Shown here piece by piece: positions 52,121 through 64,000 of a stretch of DNA of 64,000 nt. Position numbers and translations under genes: made by a program. The first letter of the stretch is position 1, and each line of letters opens with the position of its first letter. A model generated the notes under the pieces. It was not told the origin of the DNA and searched no databases. It was given only the letters and a program-made list of their open reading frames with translations. The stretch is from Octopus vulgaris (Eukaryota), in NCBI GenBank assembly GCA_951406725.2, contig OX597822.1, forward strand, positions 58,094,001-58,158,000. Reading direction: 5' to 3'.

Positions 52121-53172
52121 GAAAAATAATGTGATTAAGTATCTTATTTAATGTAAGGTCAGCTGAGTGAGTGCACATTGGTCAGTGTACCCTAACCCAC
52201 AAAAAGGTCTACTAAAGGCAGAAGTTAGAAGTAGTAGGGGTGGCTAAAGAAGGGGATACTTTAGGAATATTCTCATTTATCAGATAAGTTTCTTTTCTTG
52301 TCTCTGTGTGGATCAGAAGGAGATGAGTGGGGGTTGATAGTAATATAGATTGTGTAGAGAGAGAGAGGGGGTGGGCAGACAGACAGACAGATTGTAAATG
52401 ACATTGAGGAGGATTTAAAATAAGGCAGAATAGCAAGAGGGAAGAAAAGATATGCTTGAGTAGCCAAAAGGCAAGGGGCTCTGAACAGCCCCCACCTCTG
52501 TCAAGGTGGATACATACTTGGTTCAACAAAACCACATTTCAGAACCCTTAAATCCTTCTGGACCCCTGTTGCTTTCATGCTGTTGTGTTGTTGTTCACTC
52601 TTATATTTTCTCCAGGAGACTAGACAAGCTATAAGTGCATGTATGTATAAAAGTGTCTATATTTGGTATATATTGAGAGTGTTGTTGTTTGTGGCCCCAA
52701 GTCAACCTTGAGCCAAGCATTCCAAACATAACAATCCCATCTTTTCCTTTTTTTTTTTTTTTGCCTTTTCTTTTTAATGAATATTTTCCTAATCTGATAT
52801 ATGCTTCCTTTTAAGATGGTTAGGGTGTGATTTGAAGGAGGTTTAGCTGCAATATCTAGCAGGGCAAGCAATTATTTAGAGTCTCCTTTGTTGGTTCTTG
52901 TGTGTATGTATGTGTTATATAGAGATATCCTGTGTGTATAAATGTAGTGTATGTATATGTGCAATGTAGTACATGTGTAAACTATGTTTTGTTGTAGGGA
53001 CAGTCATTATGCCAATAATAAACACATGCACTGGTTCTCTTTCATTTCTTTTATTGTGAGCTGGCAGAATAATTATCATGCTAGACAAAATGCTAAGCAG
53101 CATTTCATCTGTCTTTATGTTCTAAGTTCAAATTCCAACAAGGTTCACATTGCCTTTCATCCTTTCAGTGAA

Positions 53173-53440
53173 GTGAGTGCAAGACAAAACCCACTAGAAA
53201 AAAAAAAAAAAAGCAATTTTGAAACCATAAATTTTATTATTATTTGTAGTTTATGAACATTCCACTGAGATTTAAAATATTACAGTAATTAATTATTTAA
53301 TAACTCCAATCATAAAAATGAGCATAATAAAACAAACACGGAGGGTCATTTAAAGTTCATTTTACTACAACCTGATGCTATGTCCTATGCCATTCAGAAA
53401 TTCCTCCATGGTTTTCCTTTCATTCACATAGTCCACAGAG
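53173..53440 (-). mobile_element. MULE-like transposon right end
   Basis: KTMEEFLNGIGHSIRL* C-terminus plus A-rich subterminal region and GAGTGCAAGACAAAACCC end; homologous to 59480-59778. Confidence 0.6.
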
Positions 53441-54509
53441 TGGGGTTTTGGCTGGACCCCTGTGAAACTCTGGGGTTGATGTAATTGATTAGCCCCCTCC
53501 CCCAAAATTTCAGGCCTAGTGCCTATAGTAGAAATAATTACTATTATTATTATTATTGAAGGCATATGGCTCAGTGGTTAGAGTGTCGAGCTTACAATTA
53601 TAAGGTTGTGAGTTCAATTCTCGAACCGGGTTGTGTGCTGTGTTCTTGAGCAAGACACTTTATTTCATGTTGCTCCAGTTAACTCAGCTGTAGAAATGAG
53701 TTGCGACATCACTGGTGCCAAGCTGTATCAGCCTTTGCCTTTCCTTTGAATAACATCAGTGGTGTGGAGAGGGGAGGCTGGTATGCATGGGTGACTGCTG
53801 GCCTTCCATAAACAACCTTGCCCGGACTTGTGCCTCGGAGGGTAACTTTCTAGGTGCAATCCCATGGTCATTCATGACCGAAGGGTGTTTCCCCTATATT
53901 ATTATTATTATTATTATTATTAAGATGATGATAGCTGGCAGAGTTGTTAGCACACTGGGTGAAATGCACAACGGTATTTCATTGTAAGTACCAGTTGGAC
54001 ACTGGGGTCAATGTAATCGACTCATCCCCTTCCCCAAAATTGCTGCCTTGAAGCAAAATTTGAAGCCATTATTATTATTATTATTATTACTAAGATGATG
54101 AGCTAGCAGAGTTGTTAGTAAGCCAGGTAAAATGCTTAGCAGTATTTTGTCTGCCTTGACGTTCTGAGTTCAATTTTTGTTGAGGTTGACTTTACCGTTC
54201 ATCGTTTCAGGGTCGATAAAATAAGCACTAGCTTCCCACGGGTTGGATGTAATTGACTAGCCCCCTCTCCTAAAATTTCAGGCCTTGTGCCTACAGTAGA
54301 AAGGATTGGCACCTGTGCAGGTGGCACGTAAAAAGCACCCACTACACTCACGGAGTGGTTGGCGTTAGGAAGGGCATCCAGCTGTAGAAACACTGCCAGA
54401 TCAGACTGGAGCCTGGTGCAGCCTTCTGGCTTCCCAGATCCCCGGTCGAACCGTCCAACCCATGCTAGCATGGAGAACGGACGTTAAGCGATAATGATGA
54501 TGATGATGA

Positions 54510-54945
54510 TTTCTTCAAGTTGAAAAGGAAATTGAGGGTGGAGAGGGAAGTGCTGTCCTCAAGTGTGTTTATTGAAAGGGAGAACGGACGTTAAACGATG
54601 ATGATGATGATGATGTGGGTGAAAGTTGCGAAACTGGCAAGAGTGAGTGGTACTTCCCTGTGAGTCAGAGAGAAGGAATTGGAGAGGGCACTTGCTCTTG
54701 GAAATTTTGGACTTTATGGTTCCCCAAATTATCCTTAGAGGTCATCCTCTATCAGCAGGGCTACATCTCTAACATCTTCCTCCATGTTTTAAAACCTTTA
54801 TATACTATGTATATTTCCATTCCTTTTCATTGTATACATGTATACTTACATTTTTTAATTACTTAATTATTTTATCATTTTATTATATGTAAACACCCAC
54901 TCTGTCCCCTCATCCTTTGCCCTTGTGGCAAATAAATGAAATCAT
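54510..54945 (+). mobile_element. Tx1/L1-like LINE 3' end
   Basis: FFKLKRKLRVEREVLSSSVFIERWVKVAKLARV after removing a ~36-bp (GAT)n-tail insert; ends AATAAA then an (ATT)n run. Confidence 0.55.
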
Positions 54946-54969
54946 TATTATTATTATTATTATTATTAT

Positions 54970-55478
54970 TACTGAATGAGAGCAGTGCATGCCATCAAAG
55001 TGACACTGGGGTAAAATATACGAAGCCCAGTATACCCATCATGACTACCCATCTGATAAGGGTACACTAGGCACATGCATCACAGCCATATGTGCATGCC
55101 ATGGGGATCTTCATATCAAGATAAACAGCGCATGACCTTGCAGGTGGGGCCCAGTTAAAATTTTCTTCTGGTCGAGTAACCCATCCCGCTCAAAAGGTCT
55201 CTGTTTCCAGAGGTGAATTATTCAAACCCCAAAGAATCCCTCTCAACACATGGCTATGATGCTCCCTCACTACTTCTGCTTGTGATCAGAGATGCACATA
55301 TCGTCAGCCACTAAGGGACATGCTCAACTGGTTACGGTCAAACTGACAAGCAAATCTGTGGTATTGAGCAGAATATTTGCTGTAGCCCATCTTTTATACC
55401 AAGACAAAACAATGTACATGATAACACTTCCAATCAGTTAAGATCAGAAGCCATGAGAGCCACTACCTGGTGCTGCAT
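54970..55478 (-). mobile_element. Probable LINE 3'UTR or non-autonomous retroelement ending in (TAA)n
   Basis: Moderate-GC block abutting an (ATT)n run; family not identifiable from sequence alone. Confidence 0.35.
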
Positions 55479-56692
55479 GTTGTTGTTGTTGTTGTTTGAT
55501 TGCTTCATTGATTGATTGATTGATTAATCCAATGATTAATCAAAATCCTGTTTCAACACATGAGCTCACATCAATACAAAATGAAGTCTATATGTATGAA
55601 TATAGTGTGTGTAAGTGTGTATGAAACATATATGTATAAATGGGGGAGTAACTTAGCTGAAGGAGACATTTTAACATTGTTTTTTAAAAAGTACTTCAGA
55701 CACCACCCCCAACCAAACTGGTTGTTTTCTACAGGATGCCTTTGTTCAGGGTCAGGAGCCCCACCATTATTATTGTGACCACCACATCAAGTGTCATCAA
55801 CATCCTTAGTATCATTCCTTTCCTTTTACTTCTCCCCCTTCCATCCTTATTCTGGCCATCAACTAACTTTCCAAATGTCAGCATCATCAGACCTACCCCT
55901 TTCACTGACCACCTCTCTTTATTTTGATGCTCTACAGAAACCCAACAAACACCACCACCACCACCACCACCACCACCACCAAGCCACAACCACCAGCACT
56001 GATACCACCATTAAACCATCACTATCCCAACCACACCATCAGAACTTAATTATTCTATTGCTATCAGATGTTACTCTAAGCATGGCTTAAGCTTTGATGG
56101 CTAAAACAAACTAAAAACTGTAGCAACAACCACTGCCACTTCTGCAATAACTATTTGTAGCCCAGCAATTCTGTTTGCAAAATTTCGTAAGTAAGTTACA
56201 TAAGACACCATATAACTAAATAATAACTCTGTACATATGAAAATGTATTTACCTATTTTAAATATATTTCATCTATGAGCCAGGAATCTGCTCGAAACAG
56301 CAACAAAATTCACACCAAATCACACTTATATTATCTTTGGATAATGTAGTCCTAGATACAGAATGACTGAATAAAAAGAGAAAGTGGTTACATTTGGATG
56401 GGTTTGGTCACAAGTTCTACAAGATCAGATCTGATCTAGGCTAAGCCATGCCTACACCCCTGTGTCATCATGATCATCATCGTTTAACGTCTGCTTTCCA
56501 TGCTAGCATGGGTTGGACGAATGACTGAGGGCTGGTGAACCAGATGGCTGCACCAGGTTTCAATCTTGATCTGGCAGAGTTTCTACAGCTGGATGCCCTT
56601 CCTAACGCCAATCACTCCGAGAGTGTAGTGGGTGCTTTGCATATATATATGTTTGGCTACTTGTTTCTCTGGAGACTGTCAGAATGATATAG

Positions 56693-56740
56693 ACACTTCT
56701 GATGAGAACCCAATAAGGTTCGAAAATCGATTAAGATTGT
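56693..56740 (+). ncRNA. Minimal hammerhead ribozyme motif, intact core
   Basis: CTGATGA-GAACC-CAATAA-GGTTC-GAAA-ATCGAT-TA: perfect 5-bp stem II, palindromic stem III AATCGATT; stem I weak. Confidence 0.7.
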
Positions 56741-58249
56741 TCATCATTTTCTGTGGGGAAATGGCTAAAAATTTGCCCTGTTTATAATTATACATATATA
56801 TGTATGTGTTTTATATAGGTTATGTGGTTATATAAAGGCTATTTTTATGTATATGGATTCCCTTGTGCCAAGCAGTATCTACCTACCTGGCAACCATCTG
56901 AATGTTGTCAAGAAAGATTATAAAAGCTGGCAAAGGGGTTAGCAGTTATGTGTGTGTGTGCGTGTGGTTTCTATTATATGTAGAATGAAGAATAGATTAT
57001 CTAAAGATTCCTTCTGGTTTCCATTCATTGGCATTTCTCTTCTGTCTGTGTTTACCGTAATTCTGAATAGAAACAACTATTTAGTGTGTATGTGTGCATG
57101 CATATGTGTTTAGTTGTGTTCAGGTGAGTGTATGTTACGTAAAAAAGAGAACACGTGTGATTGTGGCTGTATTCATATGGCATAACTACTGCCAGCCACC
57201 AACATCATAAGTATCATCTTCATCATTTTTACATCTGCTTTTCCATTAAGGCATTGTAAGATGATTCATCACAGGTCAGTTCTTATTTGAAGTTACTGCC
57301 TTCCTAGATGAGTCAGGGATCATGTCTCACATTTTAGGGCTTGACATGGTTTCTACAGTTAGGGGCCCTTCCAATCATTAACTTTCTCATAGGAGGAAAA
57401 CTAACACTACACAGTTTCTTCATTTGCTAAAAACAGTAACTGAATATCTTTCAAGTCATACTCCACTAACTCAAAAACAAGACACACTGGATTATATAGC
57501 CCTAAATAGGCAAGATGGTCACAGCTGGAAGAAGGATCTTCATCCAAGTATATATATCAGGGCTAGCTGGGGAGTAGACAACAACCTTTAGTCCTGTTAA
57601 TTATAATTCACTTACTACAGTTTCCCACTAAGATGTTACAGTATCTATTCATTTCTTGTGTCAGCATCTCTCATAAAACAGTGACACTTTAACCCATTTG
57701 ATGCCAAACCACCTGAGGTTGCCTCTACTTCTGGAATATAAACTTCCTGTTTTAAAAATCTTCCATCAAAATTTCATGTAGATTTTGTTCTAGACCAAGT
57801 TAATTTACTAAATCCAACATTATTTTCAAAATTAATTAAAGCATAGACAGCATACTTCAAGAGAAATATAGTAATAAAGGTGTTAAACAACTGTTTCATT
57901 GAAGGGCTTGCTAATGAACAAATTGCCAGGAAGTATATACTTGTACCTAAGAGAACTTCTACAAAGTTGCTTGACATGCTAGAAATAGCAAAGCTTCCTC
58001 AAATCACATCATACTTTCTTAAAGAACGAAAAAATACATGTCCAACCTGACCTTAAATTAATGGGATGCTCATAGCTGGAATGCCTTGACCATTGGTCTG
58101 TTGGATCAGAGATGGCTTGGAGCTATAACAACAGCAACATGCACTCATTGCGACAATATAGACAGTAATTCCAAGTGCAGATGGTCAAGTAAAGTTCAAC
58201 TGCAAACTACATCATTCTCTTTGGCTCTATCAAACTATATACACAATAA

Positions 58250-58814
58250 CTAGCAGAGATACCCGGAGTTGCTTGGCATTGAAATGGCATACTTTTTTAT
58301 TATCTTTTACTTGTTTCAAACATTTGACTGTGGCATTACTGAATTGACCCCAAGTACTCATTCTATCAGTCTCTTTTGTGAAGTTGTTAATTTATGGGGA
58401 TGTAAACATACCAACATCTGTTGTCAAGCAATAGAGGAAAATGGCCACACTTCCATTTCTCCTGCAGCATTGAGAAGCACCTTGCTATCACCAAGTGTCA
58501 AAATGTCCTGTGCAAACTTTGCAGACATTTGGTCACCGTGTGGTTGAGCTTGCAACAGCTGACAAAGTAAAGTATTGATTTTTTCCAGCTGTGTCACATT
58601 TTTTCACTGGCTCAAGCCAAATCCTAGGCGAATTGAGAGTAGTGTATTTATGTGGTGGGAGCAGAATTTCGAGGAAAAAATTATAAGGAAAATCATCCTA
58701 AGTCAAAGAGAGCACTCATGTCAAATTTGGTGAAATTCGGTTGAAAATTGTAGGAGTAGAAGTGATTCACACATCACACATACAAACAGACAACTTGCCT
58801 TTTAATATATAAGA
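58250..58814 (-). mobile_element. Non-autonomous Helitron (with a SINE B fragment inside)
   Basis: Minus strand starts TCTTATATATTAAAAGG and ends ...CCGGGTATCTCTGCTAG, flanked by A and T, with no TSD. Confidence 0.65.
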
Positions 58815-59299
58815 TAGACATACAATAAGTACTATTATACTTATAAGTATTACTTGCTGTTCTTATTGATGATGATAATGATGATGTTTAGCCCACATCT
58901 ATGATCAAATACATTCCAATTGTAACCATCACATTGTTTTGTTTATCAATGTCCACTTGCAATTTAAATGAGATTTGGTAACTATTTCTAGAGGGTTTGA
59001 ACACCACATTGAGGCTCTTTGTGTGTTTTTACAACAGCAACAACAACCTAAAGGAATTATAATAAAATCATGACAAAAATTCAAAAAGGGCAAAAGACAA
59101 AACTAGATATATAAATGACAAACCTTCATTAAAAAGTTGATCTCCTTTCTTTGTATTTCTTTCTTCTTCACTCATGATGAGATATTCATGGAATTCTTTG
59201 AAACCAATACTTTGGAATATACCCAAAGTATAATCCAGTTCTCTGCAAATGGATAACCAGAAATAAGATATTACCTACATTATCAAGTTTATGCTTTAA

Positions 59300-59778
59300 C
59301 AATTGTTTACATATGGGATGGGATTGAAAGCTACACCAGTCATCAAACTGGACATTGCTGCATTGTACCACATATCCCACCCTCTATGTTGTGGAATAAG
59401 GATTCAACAAGATAACAGCTTAGCAATCAAAAGGCCCACAACTTTTCAACACCTTGCCACGAGTCCTCAGAGATGGGGTCTGGACAAGACCATAGAGGAA
59501 TTTCTGCATGGTGTAGGGTATGAATCTCAACACTTAATGAGGATGTCAATAATGTGTTCATTTTAATTTTTCAAAGATATGGTTTGATGTTCTTTTTATT
59601 ATGCTCATTTTTGTGATTGGGGTTATTATATGATTAATGTAATATTTTATATCTAAGAGAAGTGTTCTTAAGCTATAAAAATACGAATAAAAATTATGAT
59701 TTCAAAATTGCCTTTTTTTTTTGTTTTGCTTTTTGTCCCAAAGGTTTTTTTTTTCTAAGGGGTTTTGAACTATACTCC
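59300..59778 (+). mobile_element. MULE-like transposon right end
   Basis: KTIEEFLHGVGY C-terminus; end GGGGTTTTGAACTATACTC; diverged inverted homologue of 53173-53440. Confidence 0.6.
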
Positions 59779-61194
59779 TTGGAGATCTACTAGGAGTGGA
59801 TGTACTGAAAGAACAATTAGACAGGAGTTGATATACTAGATGAACTCACACCATGGCAAGAAATGCAAAGGACAGCTTTGTCCTACTCACTACTACACCA
59901 TAATTCCAGAGAATGAGTCTAAAATAAACAAGCATTAATCCTTATGGCAGTGCTCCAGCATGGCCACAGACTCTGACTGAAAATGGTATTAGAAAAATAG
60001 AATAACGTGTGTTAGTGTATTCATGTGTGTTTATATGTAAATTTGAAGTATTGTATATATTTATATGCATACATATGGGTATACATACACATGTATGTAT
60101 ATGTACACATCTTCAGCATCAATGTTTTAAATGTGGTGTCTGTTAGAATGTATGTGTTTTTGTGTTTTGACTGAACTCACATGATGCCATTATAAGAAAG
60201 AAACTAAGATAGGAATTGTCAGATGCTGGTAAGTAACATTAGGTAATGTTATTTCTCCATGGTTGATCATGTTTTCATAGAAGATTGAATACAAATGACA
60301 CTGCCTGTAAGAAGGTGATACTCTTTTACAACTGTCACATAGTGGTAAGAAAAAAGATACAGCATGCACATGCACACACACACATGATGGGCTTCTTTCA
60401 GCTTCTGTCTACCAGATCTACTATCTAAGAATATATTATGTAATATGTCCTTTTATAGGGCAACCACATAAAATTCAAGAGAAATTTGGTTGCTATTACA
60501 AACAAGTTGAGTGGCCCATGTAGAGCCTCTTTTTATGTATATACATATATATATAATGTTGGAATGTACTGTAAAACAGAAAAATTGACATTACTGTTAT
60601 ATAAAATCATGTTCCACTAAGTGTTACATAGGTTCTATTACGGATTATTTGGTGTTTTAGGCAGACTAGGTCCACAGAGGAGGGAGTGAAGAGATGTTTA
60701 GGGATTAACATGCTTTTAGCATCAAAGGATTTCTTTGTACATAATTAAAAAAAGAGAGAAGTCTATCTATATCTATATAGATGTGTAGATAGCAAATTTG
60801 TAGTCATTAAAATTCAGGACAAGGTGCCTTTTGGTAATTTTTCTGGCTTTTTGTGCTCTGAGTACAAATTCGAGTAAGATCAACTCTGCTTTTCATCCTT
60901 TTTGGATTAATTAAGTACCAGCTTGGGGTAGTGGGTGAAAGCACATGGCCTAGTGATTAGAGTGTTGCACTTGCGATCTTAAGATTCCAAAATCAGACAA
61001 TGTGTTGTGCTTTTGAGCAAAATGCTTTGTTTCACATTCTTCTAGTCCACTCAGCTATAAATTAGTTTCAGCAAATAGCTGGGAAGTTAACCCTGTGACA
61101 AACTGATCCCCCTCACTGATGTGAAGTCCGTCCCACCTACTGTTTTGACTGACTGGTATTTGATCAAAAGTCCATTTCCAGATCATCACCTCCC

Positions 61195-61362
61195 CAGCCA
61201 GGTTTCATCATTCCTTTCCAGCCATATTCAATGGCTGGCCCTCTCACAGTTGCTTGGATCTTCTTCAAAATGGCATTTGCTTGCCGATGTTGAACACCAA
61301 TCGATAACAGCCATTGTTTCAGTCTGGTCTCCATAAAACCCTTACATCTATCCAACTTCTAA
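61195..61362 (-). mobile_element. 3' fragment of an RLE-type (HERO/NeSL-like) non-LTR retrotransposon
   Basis: With two frameshifts reads LEVG-CKGFMETRLKQWLLSIGVQHRQANAILKKIQATV-ERASH*IWLERNDETW, matching the EVGCRGF...ERASxWxWLKR terminus of these elements. Confidence 0.65.
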
Positions 61363-61816
61363 TGTGAATAAATACATGTTACATTTGACAGAATAGTCTG
61401 AATGCTAAACGATTAAAGACAAGCCATTCTCTGCCTGACTAAGTAGTAAAACAAATATGAAGAGGTATGTGTAATCTATCTGATGCATTTGCAAGAAATT
61501 TTGAGTGAGTTGAGAAACACTGTTTGATACAGAGGCAGACTGGAAAAGAGACATTGTATTGGGAATAAACATCTGCAAGTGGATGGTTTATGTTGGGTAA
61601 GATGTACTACACAACTGTGTAGCTTGTATTAGTATGGAAAATAAGGGATTATTGTTGATGTTGTTGATGTTATTCAAATGCTGCTGTAGTTGAATTTGCC
61701 TTTCATTTTTCCATGGTCAATAAAATGAATACCAGTTCAGCCTTGGGGTAAATGTAATTAGTTAACTTCCTCCCACAAAATTTCAGATTTTGTGCATATA
61801 ATAGAATTATTATTTT

Positions 61817-61861
<45 letters not shown>

Positions 61862-61940
61862 CAGTAGCAACAGCAGCAGCAACAGTTATTAAAAGAGTAT
61901 TTCAATGACCATTTATGTTTTTCTTTTTCTTCCTTTCCAG

Positions 61941-62041
61941 TTGTTATCCATGTCTCAAAAAAACTCCCAGAAGAATGGAGGAGCTTAAGAGATGGAGCAG
62001 ACAAATCCAGTAGAATGGACACAGTAAATCACACAGACTAG
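61941..62041 (+). other. Candidate host exon
   Basis: Strong polypyrimidine tract TTTTTCTTTTTCTTCCTTTCCAG, then purine-rich unique sequence open as [32 protein letters not shown]; no recognisable homology. Confidence 0.25.
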
Positions 62042-63865
62042 CATAGGTCCAAATAAGTCCTGGTCCAGCCAGTAAACCAATGGACAATGACATTCCAGCT
62101 GTAATCACCCTATCTTTTATTCAGAAGTAATAAACACATCTAAAACCACATTATCCAATGCGTCCTTTTTATTTTTAATTTTTAAAGGTTGTAGAATGTG
62201 AGTGGAAGGAAATTGGCTGCTATTTCCAGTAGACAGCTATATAGAAGCCTATGGTAGCTGTGGTTGGGTTTCTTTTGTCAGTTGCCCTGCTGATAATACC
62301 TTTTGAAGCAAAAACATGTGTCCATAACTGTCCTCTTATCTCCAAAAAAATCTATCCTTTTCCATAAAGACATGTCAAATTTAGATAATTCCTAAGTCTT
62401 GAAGATACCTCTTCTTCTCATACAGAGCTGGCCTTAATTGCTATTTGGAAATTATGGCACATCCTCTAGAGGTGAAGATTATTTTAATGAATTAGGAACT
62501 TGTGTTGTATGGGATTTGATATACCTGTATTCGCCTATATACATGCTTTTTTTGTTTTTGTTTTATTGTTGTTTTTTGTGGGGAGGCACAGGTATAGTTG
62601 AGTACTTAAGAAGTTTGCTTCCTAATGACATGGTTTTGGGTTTAATCCCAGTCTGGCACCTTCTACTCTGAGCAGACCAAAGCTTTGTGAGGGGACATGG
62701 TGGATGGAAACTGGAAACTGAAAGAAACCTATTGTATATATAAACAACAGCCTCCTGACAGTGTTGTTTGCTTGAAGTTTACCATGAAAGCATGTCCAAG
62801 CTTCTTGACATGTTCTGATATGTTGAGTGATTTTTGTAAACATTAAGCTCATTAAATTAGTGTTATGTTTGATAGACAGTAAGGTCATTATGTCACTTGG
62901 AAATAAAGAAAGTTGGCAACAGAAAGGGCAACCTCTGCAGCAATGTACTCTCTTCTGAGTGTAGAAAAGGAGACATTAAATCAATAATGATGATGATAAT
63001 GATGATGACATCATTTGTTTTTTAATGCTAACTTGGGATAGACAGGTATATTATTGAGGCATTGTAAAACAATACTGGATGTCCTTCCTGTCACTAACTC
63101 TTACTTATTTTTCAAGGGACCTCTTATTGTATATGTCTTCAAAGACACCACATCAGTGAATGATTTGTTGATAGGGAAAACTTGTAGCTCAGAGATTTTG
63201 GAGAAACACACACACACATAGTAGGCTTCTTTCAGTTCTTGTTTGCCAAATCAACAAGGCCTTAGTTGTGGTAGAAGACAACTTGCCCAAGGTACCACAC
63301 AGTGGGACTGAACTTTAAGACATATGACTGGGAAGTGAGCTTCTTAGCTACTCTGCCATACCTACATCTTGTATAGCAGGAAATTCATTAATTATTAACT
63401 ACCATTATTAAAATAATTATAATCACAGAAATTTGTTAGCTTTTCAGTGTTAATGTAACTTACAGAGTGTTTATTGTTTTGTTAGAGATTATAAAGAGAA
63501 ATAAAGCTGGTTTGTTAAACTCTCTCACACACACACACATAAAGAGCAGTTCCAGATGGTGAACTTTGAGCCAACAGAGAGCTAGATGAGGTACCTAATA
63601 TTTCTGACGTAGATTTATTATGTATTTGTCAAAAGTAATGAATTTACAATCCACTTAAGAATAAATTGGATATTTATATTTCAAAGAGAGCAGAAGTGAT
63701 GCTATAATTTCTCATTAGGCAGAATTGAAACATGAACTACTGGTATTGTTTTCTACTTGATATTGCTTTATTTTCTTTGTTATGACTCTGTCATATGTAA
63801 GGGTTCATATATGAGTCACAAAACCCAGTTGGAGCATAGCTTCATTGAACATTTACAATTCTATT

Positions 63866-64000
63866 CTTATTTCTTTATTGCCCACACGGGGCTAAACATA
63901 GAGGGGACAAACAAGGACAAAGGGATTAAGTTGATTACATCGACCCCAGTGCATAACTGGTACTTAATTTATTGACCCTGAAAGGATGAAAGGCAAAGTC
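63866..64000 (-). mobile_element. SINE family A, cut by the window end
   Basis: Matches the 3' part of SINE A. Confidence 0.85.

Noticed and set aside
55736-56090. Poly-His-containing ORFs after a TTTTCTACAG acceptor
   Set aside because: (CAC)n microsatellite explains the His run; no recognisable domain or good donor
53173-59778. Inverted MULE ends 6.6 kb apart as one composite (Pack-MULE-like) element
   Set aside because: Both are right ends, substantially diverged, and no matching TSD was seen; more likely independent copies
1-64000. CRISPR array or prokaryotic operon
   Set aside because: No regularly spaced repeat-spacer structure and no dense gene content; the sequence is eukaryotic

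Overview
AT-rich, repeat-dominated eukaryotic genomic DNA. The SINE families, dense (CA)/(TA)/(GA)/(GAT) microsatellites and transposon mix look like an octopus/coleoid cephalopod genome (inferred from recalled repeat families, not verified). No intact host protein-coding gene can be supported, and most ORFs in the track are microsatellite or SINE artefacts. Recognisable content: two decayed D34D mariners, two D37D (maT) elements, a 5'-truncated CR1-type LINE RT, fragments of RTE, Tx1/L1, HERO-like RLE and ORF1-like LINE sequence, hAT/piggyBac/MULE/pogo/Helitron non-autonomous elements and dozens of SINEs, often nested. Most notable: (1) a unique, SINE-interrupted decayed coding-like segment at 3.5-4.5 kb that may be an endogenous negative-strand RNA virus nucleoprotein; (2) several dispersed minimal type-I hammerhead ribozyme motifs of the Penelope/retrozyme kind; (3) a CpG-retained to CpG-decayed transition near 15 kb, suggesting a methylated gene body downstream of a CpG-rich promoter-like zone; (4) several template-switch inversions or palindromes; (5) same-site SINE-in-SINE insertions.
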